64,000 nt of DNA, taken from assembly GCA_030704615.1 (NCBI GenBank), contig CM060733.1, forward strand, positions 7,564,001 through 7,628,000, given 5' to 3'. The DNA is from Takakia lepidozioides. Its lineage: Eukaryota; Plantae; Bryophyta. Shown here piece after piece: positions 39,701-51,700 of this stretch. Position 1 is the first letter of the stretch, and every line of letters starts with the position of its first letter. The notes under the pieces are model-generated. The model saw only the letters and a program-made list of their open reading frames with translations, had not been told where the DNA came from and made no database searches. The translations under genes were made by a program, and so were the position numbers.

Positions 39701-42700
39701 CTTTTCTGGTCTCTTCTTTCTTGTTTTTCCCTTTTGTCCCACAAGCTCTTTGAGCTTTCTGCGGACGTTATAAAGTACCATTTCATCTCATTTCATTTTC
39801 TCTTTCTTGTTTCTTGTTTCCCTTTGTCCCATAAGCTCTTTGAGCTTTTTGCAGACGTTATAAAGTACCATATCCTTTCATTTCTTCCAAACTCACTCTG
39901 ATATCACACGTTTACTCTTTGCACAAGCTCTTGGTCATCGATGGTATTACATGTTTTGTGGAACAGGTAACTCGGCAGCTGTTCACAGAGTTTGCAAAAC
40001 AACTCACGCACTGGCTCACTAGTAACCAGCAGAGGGAGAATCCTGAGACGATGGCCCTCCTCGATGCAATCCTCGATGGGCTTGTGGATCCTGAAAATGG
40101 TTCCCTCAGGTTGTCAACCCAGCATTTATCTTCCCTCATCCTCACTTGTCCCCTCTTTTACTAGGGGACCTTGGGTCAAGCGCCCTTGAAACAGTAAGAA
40201 CCAGAGGACGGAGCATGATGTTGTGCCCAGTAAGTTTTGAAGGCTTGGCAACACTTGCGCCCATGCTCACACTCCTAGATCTGCAAGGAACTTTTTAGAA
40301 ATGCCTGTTAACCACTACATGTGACAGCTTCTGGAGAAAAAGGATCATGTAAGGTAAAGGTAAAAGGCCTGTTGTAATGGAGATGGGTGTGGTTTATGCA
40401 TGAGATTTTGGATTCTGGGTGATGGGGAGTGTAGGGAATTCTGTGCTGATTGCTTCGTGGAGTTCATAAGCTGGTCTGTCCGGCATGCCCCTCCTGAGGT
40501 CAGACTTTTTGCCATGCAGCTACTTTCTCCAAGATCCTTGCTCCTTGTAGTAACACAAAAACAGTGCAGTTTGTGGTGCCCCTACTTTGGGTGAGATGTG
40601 GTGTAAGAACCCTCTTTTGTTGCAGTTTTACTTTCCTAGCTTGTTTACTATTGATGCCCTCAGACTGCTATTGATCAGTTTATGTTATCCGAGAGATGAG
40701 ACATCATGAAAACATTACGAGGATGTAAAATTCTGGCACAGATCCAAAGCTGAAGTGACATTTATGCTTGGTGATTTCTGCAGTCTGATAACTTTGTCAA
40801 TGTGACGTCAATACTTCGACGGATTTATAACCGCATGGACCATCCTAATTCCTACCATCGACTTGGAGCTGCCATGGCTGCACACCACATGTATCCCGTC
40901 TTGAAAGGAAATGTCAACATTGTAGACCGTCATATTTTTGAGATTATGTTCTTCTGTATCAAGAGCTTGCGGCTCGGGGAGGCAGATGATGAACAAATTG
41001 GTCTCTCTCTCTTTCATTCTTTTTTCCTTTGCTCTTGCAATTCTACAGCACCCCGTAGATCCTCTGGGGCCTTCTATGGTCTTTCTTTTCGATACCCAAT
41101 CTCTCACTCTTCCATTACGAGGATCAGAAATGCTTGGCACCTTACCTCATGAGGCGTTGACTCTTAGACAATCCCTTGAGCAATAGTTGCTTTTGGGTTG
41201 CTTGTGGGGGACCCCTCTCTTTCTTGTTTCTTTATTGTTCCATAAGCTCTTTTGAGCTTTCCGGGGACGTTATAAAGTGCCATTTCATTTCATTTCATTT
41301 CTACAGGAGCTTCTCTATCTTAGACAAGCTCCCAATTGAGACGTTGTTTATGGTTCTGGTGTTTGGTTGTCGGTGACCCCACTTTTCAGACTTGTTTTTT
41401 ATTTTCGTTTGTCCTATAAGCTCTTTGAGCTCTCCATGGATGTTGTAAGGTTCTTTTCTTTTTGTCCCATGGGCCCTGGTCCCCTGCGGATGTTATAAAT
41501 GTTTATTTCCTTTCTATTCTAGGTTCTTTAGGGCTGCTGCTTCTGGCTCCCTCTTTGTTTTCTGTTCTCCTTCTTGTTTCTTGTTTCCTTCTGTCCGATA
41601 AGCCCTTCGAGCTTACGCTATAAAGCACCATTTCATTTCCTTCTCTCTTATCAATCTTTGAGCAAAATGTAGTCAATGTAAACTTGATTGCAACCTTGGC
41701 AAGCCAGGTAATACGGACACTGGCAGGGACAGGAGGCAGAAGAAAAGCTCTAGTTCAGACAGACAAGGGCAGACTGTTCAAGTGAACCACCTTCCAAGAA
41801 TAAGATACCAAAACGAAAGGGAGAGAAGAGGAAAAACCATGAGACACTAGCGTTTTTTCTGCCCCTCTCACGTAGTTTTGGTTTGTTGTCTCCTGTGCAT
41901 GGGATGCAGGGACTGTGAAACAGATGAACAAAACACTCGACCTGTTACAGAGGTTGATTCAGCGGAACATAGCCACCCTGCAGCAAGATCGGAAAGATCG
42001 GCCTATGTTTCCATCTTTGAAGGAGTTCTTAGTCTGGCTATTCCAGCAAACAGGGCGTGTGCAAGAAAAATGTCGCACTAAGTGTATGACTTTGTTCAGC
42101 TCTGTATGTCAAGCCTTGCCTGGTAATTCTTTGGCATTGTATGTTTACCTGACCCTCTTCAATCTCAAGGTTCAAATTGAATTTCTATTGAGTTCCTATG
42201 AATGATTCCTGGTAGTTCTACTTACCCCGTAGGCCCTCTGGATGTCCTGTGGTGTCTTTCTTCTCTCCTTTGCATGTTGTACTTATTCTTTTCATTTGGT
42301 TTCATCATATGCTAAACAACGTCTTATGAGTTCATTTCTTTCATTAGTTCACTGTGGGTGTTAGGATAACCTACTTTTTTTGGGTCTTCTTTGACGTCTG
42401 TTTTGGAAAGGTCAGTTGGACCTTTACAATGCCGCGTTTCTTTCTACGAGCTTTCCGCGGACGTTATAAAGCACCATTTCATTTCATTTCTTTCAAATAA
42501 AGCACCATTTCCATTTCCATTTCCATTTCATCTCATTTCATTTCTTTCTAGTCCTATAGATCCGTTGGCCTCCTGTGGACATAATATATTGTCTTCTTTC
42601 CACCCAGCATGGTAACAGAAAGTGGTTTGTTGAGTGCAATCTACATAGAGCTGCAGGTCTTGCATTTTGACACAAAGTTCTGGAAGTATTCTCTTCATGC

Positions 42701-45700
42701 AGAGGGTTCGCCTGCAAGTTGGTTCCGTGCAAGGATTTCCCCTTTAGACCGTGTTCAAGGACTGTTGAAACCATTTGACATGGAGATTGAGTACCCTGTC
42801 TCTGAGGAAGGGGATATTTCCTTGCAACAAATTCAGCATTGGCTGACACACTTGGTGCGGTCGTTGCACTGGTTTGAGTGGGCTCTGAAAGAAGAACTAA
42901 TTTCTGTGGAAGAACTCCTGCAAGGGGAGAAAGACCATTCCCTCCATATTGCTTCTGCTCTCAGGAGCTTTTTACAAAGTTTGTTCACCCCCTATCAATC
43001 AACTTTTCAGCTTAGTGCAGTGACTCCGGGAGAGTGTGAAACTTATCAGAGCCTGAGGTGCAAGGCTGTGGTCTCCCTTCTTAGTTTTTTCAACCAGATT
43101 TTGAGCACCAGGAAAGGTTCCAAGGAGAAATATGTATTCGAAAGAGAAGGAAATGAAGAGATCCTGTTGGTAAGCTTCATGCCTGTTGGCGATCCAAGCT
43201 TTCAGCGACTATTGTGCTTGTTGTTGTTGCGGCCGCGGGAGCTTGGGTTTGTAATTTCAGAGCCTCAGAAAGCACAAGAACTGGCCAGGCTGGCAATGAG
43301 AGTCATACGGAGGTTGACTGTACTACATGTGCTCAAGAATGGGTTGGTCCAGACTTTGCAGAGTATGTTGGGTGGCAACAACCCAGCGTATGATTTGAGC
43401 TCTCTGAATCTGTCCACAGATGGATCCTTTAGGACAGAGCCTCTTGGATTAGAGGATGCGCTGAGCCTGCTTAAAGGCTACCAGCAGTTGAATGAAGCTG
43501 GTTTATTAATGCCAGTCTTTGGAAGAGAAAGAGCTGCTATGATGGGAGAGAAGTTAATGCTGACAGTGTTCAGGATTCAGAGGGAACCCCCCCCTGCGCT
43601 GGAACCTGTTGCAGCAGAGATGATCACCCTCTCACTAGTTCTTGGGGTGAAATCTGGACGACTGTTGACCCTTATTTTAGATCAAACTATTTTATCTTCC
43701 GCGGTTGACAATCGAAAGATAACGGCAGGGGAAATTTTCTATATGAACTTTCGGAAAACAATCGTCCAGCAGGTAAAGTTTTTCTACAAGGAATGCCTCG
43801 CTCCTCTTCTTAGGGCAGCTGTGGGGAACCCAACTTCTCGGTTGCTTTTGTATGCTTTACTGGATGATTATTTAAAACCAGCTGGGACTGCGGACAGCAT
43901 CACCAAGGGAAGTTTTCTGAGGGAGTTTCTTCAGCACCTTACTTTGCTTCTCCCGTGTTGTCAACCAGAGGCCTCACTCACCACAAAACAGTTCTTTATT
44001 GGTATTCTTCACAAGCTTATGATCATTGACACTGAGCGAGATATGGTGCTCACCCCTGACCAACCTACTTTCCAATTCATTGTGGAGACCTACATTGCAT
44101 TCCTTAGTGGGTCTGGCATGGTGGAAAATGAGGATTCAAGCAGTTCAATTGGCAGAAGTACAGTTTTTACCTTGAGAAGTGCATCCATCATCCTTCTGCC
44201 TCACTTTTTTGGTTCTGCTATCAACAGAGACATCCACGTGCGCCTGAAAAACGCACTGATGCGCATTGTAACTGACCATTTGTTGGTCAGGGAAGCTGAT
44301 TTGCCAGCAGGTTCAAACCAGAGGACCAACTACATGCAGATGCTAACTGGGCTGCTGGGGGCTTTCTCTGCGAGCAAGAGCCTGGAGCTCTTGGAGGTTC
44401 TCTTCCCACTGCTTCAAAACCCAACAAAGTTTTCATCTAAAAAGGTGTCAGAAGCAATTGAGTCGTTTGCGCAAACTATTGGGGATCACCGTGCTTCAGC
44501 TTTCGACTTTTGCCTTGGAATAATCCAGGACAGCAACCAAACACCACAACTGCGGCGTGTGGTTACGGTGAGTGTGTTTGGACCACTGGTCAATGCCTCG
44601 CCACCGTCCTTTGTCGCGTCATGGTATACTGAGCATATGAGCAGATTTTTTAAACTGCTTCAAAAGAGGCCTAGCATAATTGACACAGAGAGGGAGGAGG
44701 AAGATCTCACGAGTAAGATCTGCCACTATGGGTTGGTGGAGCTACTTTTCTCCAAAGTGGACCTCCATTTAATAAAAGACAAAATCAATCCTATTGTTAA
44801 AAATGCTGATCTGATGAAGGAAGCTCAGCTTGACTACCGTGGAAAAAATGATCCAGGATTTTACCCCTTCCCAGAGAACTCTCTTCTCTGGCGAGATATC
44901 CATGTGGCAGCTTACAACTGTCAGGTGGCCGTGATTACATGCACACAGGAACAAGAAAAGTTTTTCTCACTCATATTCAAAGAGGCCCCTGGAAACTTGA
45001 TCTGGCAACACCTGGTAGACTTGAACAAGGTGTATGACCACATACCTGTGGAAACTTCTCAGTTGGCTGTAGCCCAACAGACAATCAAAGGTATGAGGAC
45101 TAAGAGGAAAGCTCAACTGACCAGAGCTGCAGGGAGTTCTCATGAAACTGGTGGAACCCTCTCTTCTCAGTATATGGTGGGGGCTAACCTCACTCAGGAA
45201 CCCATTGTTATTAACTCTTTCATGGGTGGCCACGCCCATCTTGGAGCAACTTCTGATGGTTGGGGTCCCAGCAGTGACGGAGGAGATCAATCGTCCACTG
45301 TGGCAGAGGCTGAGCTTCCTGGGACAGGTATGGGACAAGGGGATACAGGGGGACCTCAAGAGGAGCTCATTGAAACAGCACTGCTTGACCAAGATGATTT
45401 TGATCAGCACCCATGCATGGGGGTTGTGTTGCAGGTGATTGAACACTTACACATAAAATTTGGAGAGGCCCGTTGCAGTAGCCGAGAGATGCCTGACTGG
45501 ATGAAGTCTATTCATGCTACACTTGACAATGCAGGTACAAGTTCTTCATCTTTCAGCCAAAATGTTGTGGTACCGAGTCTGAATTGTCTCAACTCTTGAG
45601 AGGTTTCTCATCTAATGACTCTCTTTTGTATAGCCCAGAAATGTATGAAGAACCTGGTCGCATTTGTTTTCCAGTCCATTGAGACCAGACATGTTGCTCT

Positions 45701-48700
45701 GTACCCTCAAATTTCCCAAAATCCCAGCTTAACATCTTACAATGCAGGTACCCATGTGAATGTCCGTCTCTTTCTTGCTAAATTGGTGACAAAGGCTCGC
45801 AAGGTATTTGCTCCATATGCCCATAGCATGTTCCGGCCCTATGTACAAGCTTTCCTCAATGATCCCCAAAAATCAGGAGGAATGAGTTTTCACTACATGC
45901 TCCGAGACATGTGTATCAGCATATTGCAATGGAATATGCCCTCCCCACCTGACCAGGGGCTCTCATCAAAGCTCATACAGCATTTAATGAGGGTGTCAGC
46001 ACATGGATCGAACCAGGTCTTGCATGCAAACGTAGACATAATACGACTGTTTCTGGAACAGTGGAAGGAGGGTATCACTCTGGAGAGAAATGTGATCTTA
46101 CAATATTTGAAAGCTGGGGGAAGAACTCCAGACATGGCCAATCGTACAGTTAAAATGCAGAGGGCGGTTGGGCTGCAGTTATTAGGCTGTGTGGTTGCCT
46201 CAGGGTTTCCACTCTATGATCCTATACATGATCCAATGGCCCCAGAGGAGCATGTCTGTGAAGCTTTGCTTAACAATCTGAACTGTAAGACAAAGGAGGT
46301 ATATGAAGCTGCAGCTGAGCTGCTTGGAATAGCACTGAAGCAAAGGAATGAATCAACAGAGCCAATCAACAAGGAACTGCTGGAGGTCAAATTGACCAAG
46401 GCTCTCAAGCAGTTGTATAGGGACACAGAGTTTGAAAGATTTCTCAATGTTCTCAGCAAGATTACTGTGCGGTTTCCGAAGTACCTGGAAGGTTACGGAT
46501 CAATGGTGGTGGAACAGCTGCCCAGGTTGTATGGGATTTACAAATTCCTTGCGTTAGACATGCTTCTGCGGTGCCCAAACTGTGAGCCAAATCTTTTCAA
46601 CCAGATTTTGCCTTCCCTCTCCCAATTAATTACCCACAGAGATGAGATTTCCCAGCTCAAGACACTGCAGCTTCTGAAAGATCTCTTGAAGGGGGTGAGC
46701 AAGGAGAGAATTAGTGAAAGAGTCCTCCCCATACTGTGTGACACGTTCAGTGGGCATGAGAGTGGGAACTGCCGTCAACAATACTACGAGATCCTTATGT
46801 ATCTGTACAAAAGTATGGGCATGAATGAAGACCACCTTGTCGTCCGGTCATTGCTTCTGGGCTTGTGTGATAAGTCTGATTCGGTCAGAGACACCTTGCA
46901 CGAGTTTTGGCACTCCCAGCTTTCACAGGTAAGGTTACAAGACTTGAATTGTGTCACATTCTGTCATTTTCGAACCGTATTGTATGAGGTACTTGTAAAG
47001 TGAATTGAGAACCCCCTCCGCTCCCAGTAGAGACAGGGACAATGTTGGAAATGGATGGAAGGATTGACAATCTTTCTGTACTTGTCAATCTTGTCTGAGA
47101 GTGATGTTCATGCAAGTCTAGTCTAGAAGATAAATAAAGAATGATACTAGACGTTAGCAAGGCTAGTGCTATGAACCTCTGTTGTATCCAAGGAAAATTA
47201 ATCCTCCATCATACTGCCTTCTGCTCTGCGGATTTGAAACCACTGTTGCAGGATCTGAGGCAGCGGTTCACTCAGTTGGTCAATAAGATGTACGACCCAA
47301 GTGTGGAAGAACATTGGGCGCAGTTTGTAAATGTTCTTTTGCTCAAGGTATTATTTGACATCTTATCTATATTATTGTCTATGCGTCCGCTTTTGTATTC
47401 CTTTACAAATCAAAATTGAGACCTTGTTTTGCAGGTTTACTATCATAACAACAGGAATAGTGGCATTGAGTTGTGATGTCTAACGGTTGAGTAGTTTTTT
47501 CGCTTTGTTTCAGTAGTCTTTGGTTTGTTCTACCTTGGGCAAGGATTGGACATGCCTGGCAGCATATCTACATGAAGTTCTCCAACATAGAGAACTCTCA
47601 ATTTGGAGTTGCAGTTTTCAGGCTGCTTGTTGAACGCACTCATTTCTCTCTTCATGTCTGGCATGAGTATGCACAGTCTTTGTACCATTCCCCAACCCAA
47701 ACTCCTTCTCCTATAACCTCTAAACCCCTTCACTTCTCTCTCTTTACTACAGCCAATGTCAGTAAGGCAATCAAGAAGCTGCAAAATGGCAGAGCGGTGG
47801 ACATTAAAACTTCAGAGTGAATTCATCAAGCATGCTGCACCTACTTTAGCCCCTTTTATAGCTAACCTCTTCAATGAGGTGGTGCAACGGGGCTTTCCAA
47901 CAGAGTGGACAAAGAGCATCATCCACCCACTTTTTAAGAGCGGTGACAGGCTCGCACCGACAAACTATCGTACTATCATGGTGTCCTCATTACTTGCTAA
48001 ACTGTTTGGGGCAGTAGTGGCCATGGAACTGGATGATTGGGCTGAGTACTCTCGCATTCGTGCTGAGGGACAGGCTGGTTTCCGTCGAAACCGATCCACT
48101 ATTGACCACATCTTCACTCTTCAAGTTATGGTGGAAAGTGCACGCTATGACAAAAGAATGGTCTATGTTTGCTTCGTGGACTTTCACAGAGCCTTTGATT
48201 CAGTTCCTCGGGACCTTCTCTTCCAACGGCTCCATAGAGTGGAAGTCCCTCCAGACATCCTTTGTGCCATCTCTTCTATGTATTAGATTGTCACTGGCAT
48301 GGTCAACGTCGCTGGTGAATTCTCAGCCGAGATCCACAGCAACATTGGAGTCAAACAGGGCTGCCCCCTTTCACCTACCCTGTTCGGGATCTACATTGAC
48401 GCCTTGGAGAATTACATATCAAAAACCATGGGGTTGGGGTCCCATTGGATGGGGACCAACCCAATCAGATCTCCTCTATGCTGATGATGTTGCCCTTTTG
48501 GCACAATCCCCGGTCTTTCTGCAACGCCATCTCAAAATTTTGGAACAGTTCTGCAAAGACTATGGGATGCAGGTCAATCTTAGCAAGACCAAGATCATGG
48601 TCTTCAATGGCCAGGCTGATCGTAGATTCATCTTCAACCAGCAGGAAATTGAGATTGTGAAATCATACCGGTACCTAGGTCTGGTTATCCACTCCCCCAA

Positions 48701-51700
48701 GTTTCACTTTGCAGCCACTGCCTTGGACAGGTTGACTAAAGGTAAGGCGGCCTCCGTCCGCCTTCAGGCCAAATGCAAGCAAATACATCTGCGGCATCCC
48801 CCGACCAAAAAGTGGCTGTTTGACACCGTCGTCAGCCCTGCTACCATCTATGGTTGTGAGTTCTGGGCACCTGGTGTCCCTGTCTCCTGGTGGAAAAAGA
48901 ATTTGGAACCATTACAGTCATCTTTTCTCCAAGCAACGCTTGGCGCCAGGAGCACAACTCCATCTCAGATCCTAGGTGCAGAGTTCGCATGTGTACCATT
49001 GCAATCCGAGGCCCTCTTCAGGCTTACAATCTTTCTCCATAGATTGCAGGCCCTTCCACCCAAAGGGCTAGTGGCAAGGGCCCTCACAACATCTATGAGG
49101 CTCAAAGCTGCAGGTTTCAGGAACTCCTGGTATGCTCGAGTGGACAGTTTATTTCAACGTAACGGACTTTCTACTGCTTTCCTATTACCAATGAACCCAG
49201 ATGGGGTGGACATCACATCCAGACATGACCACAACAGACTCATTCGGAGAGAGCTTATGGAATTACATGTCAAGAGAACTTGGATGCTACCCAATCTCAC
49301 GACAAAGCTCCACTTCTATCGAGAGACATTCTTGGTGCTCCGCGATGATAGAATCTTGAGACCAAATTACCTTTCAGCACCCTTATCTCCTTCCCTCTTG
49401 AGGGCATTGGGGCGGTTCAGGGTGGGTTCCCACAACCTACGGATAGAGACTGGCAGATGGGAAACCTGCAACGGGAGGACCGCCTATGTCCAGCTTGCAT
49501 AGGGCGCAGCAAGGAAATTGAAACTGAAGAACACTTCTTCTTCTACTGCCCTCTATACTACGAGATCCGTGGGAGATTTCACTGTTTATTCAGTGGAACC
49601 CAAACTCTCACTGATGTCTTTCACTATGAGGATCAAAAATGCGTGGCAGCCTACCTACACGAGGCCTTCACCCTTAGACAATCGCTAGAACATTAATTGT
49701 GGTTTCTGGATTTGTTCCTCTCTCATGTTTTCTTCCATTTTGTCCCATAAGCTCTACGAGCTTTCCGTGGACGTTATAAAGCACCATTTCATTTCATTTC
49801 TCTTCAACTGTCTATTCTGGGATACCAATCTCTCATGGGGGTCTTCCATTACGAGGATCAGAAATGCTTGGCAGCTTACCTGCATGAAGCGTTGACTCTT
49901 AGGCAAGCCCTTGAGCTTAAGTTGCTTTTGGGCTGTTTGTGGCCCCTCTCTCATCTTGTCTCTTGTCTGGATGTTATAACGTACCATTTCAGTTCATTGC
50001 CTCTTGTCCCATAAGCTCTTTGAGCTTCCCCTGGACATTATAAAGTTTCTTTCTTTCTGTCTTTCTGTTTTCCTCCCAGTCCCTTGATCATTCGCTTCTG
50101 GAAGACGTTGATAGGGTGATGGCACACAGTCTAATTGACAAGCTCTCTCAGCTCCTTTTATGTCCAGATGCGGACATAGGGATAAGCCCTTTTATGATCG
50201 TCCATTTTGGTTTGCAGTTGTGCGAGGACTCAGTGGACTTCAAACGCCCCATCTTTACTGCTCCCCTTTCTGACTGCGACTTCCATGAATATACCATCAA
50301 CACATCCTGGCTGGGTGGTAGCCTGCCAATGACCCCTCTCTTTTCCAGCAGTCAATCGGTGCAGAGCCTTGGAAACACACAAGAAGGGTTCTCACAAGGG
50401 ACTTTAGACTCTCTTGCGGATGAAGGAGAAGGGGAGACAAGGGTATGGAGGCAGCAACCAGGCATGATACGTGCAACCATGACTCCATCTTTCTCACTTG
50501 CTTTCTCACAAACTCAGGGTGGTGCCTCAAGCTCCACATTAGGTGGTGGTGCTAGTACTCTGTTTGCGATGTCTCAGAGGCCTGCTGAATACTCTGGGCA
50601 AGAAGGGGGAGACCTTGTTGACGGTATAACCAATTTGAGGAGGAGGATTCTTCATCCCCGTGCCACCCAGTCACAGGTCAGTTTATCTTGTATTCTGCTG
50701 AGACTCTAACAAAAATGTGGAAAGAGGTAGGAAGAAGAAAATTAGTGAACATCATATGGTGCCAAAAGAAAATTGACAAGGATTAGCAGAATCTGCAAAG
50801 ACAAAGAAATCTATTCTAGCTTGAAAAGAGTCCTGCAAAGACGAAGAAATCTATTTCTAGCTTGAAAAGAGTCCAGGGACCCAAGGAAAGTTCAAAACAA
50901 GATTTCAAAACCAAGTAAGATACACTAAATTCTTAAGGACTCGGTAAGTTCTCACCTAAAGATTCTGAGATGCAAGGTGCCTCATTAAGTTGGCCTGCAA
51001 AGCATCTCTGGTCTCAATAACTGGACTCTTACAGGGATGAGATGTGTTTGAAGACATTGAAGTATCTCCCCTAATCTAATAACAGTATACTGGATAAAAA
51101 GCAGTTTTATTGGACAAATCTCCTCCTCTCTCGGTAGTCTATTCATCTATCTTTCTCAGACCATAGAATGCGGGCACTGATTCCCCCTCGCCCTGGTCAA
51201 TTCCGTGGATAAGGTGCCAGACAAGTAGAACAGCATCAGCATGCAGTTCTATATATGCGCCACTGATTGTCTCAGGAAACATGTAGCTTGGGGTGAACCG
51301 GCGCTCTGGGCCTTATGTCTAGGTCCCATCAATCAGCTTGTTCCGATGTTGCCTTGTGCCCTTGGTGCATAGTCTCAGCAGATAGATCATGTTTGACTGG
51401 GAGGGACTCCCAAATCTCCTGGACAATGTTGCTAATTTCGTGGTATTATGCAGATCTCTCAGTGGCAGCCAATTGTTTGGTAAGGTCAAAGTCTCTTAGA
51501 AGAGGATGATCCTGATAATGATTTGAATTACAATGGAATAGTAGGACACTCTGCTCAGACAATGTGAATGTTGTGGCGCTCATAGCTCCAACCATCCTTG
51601 GAAGCAAAGGAACCTGCAGCTGCTCCATAATCTGCCTCCGTCAGGACTCTCTCAGCCCCGGCCACCAAATCTCGTAATCATTTATGGGAATGGCAACCAA

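Noticed and set aside
47640-49810. TCTCTTCA as a TSD for the intron-26 LINE
   Set aside because: The right-hand copy overlaps the start of an older LINE fragment and is low complexity, so it is not reliable.
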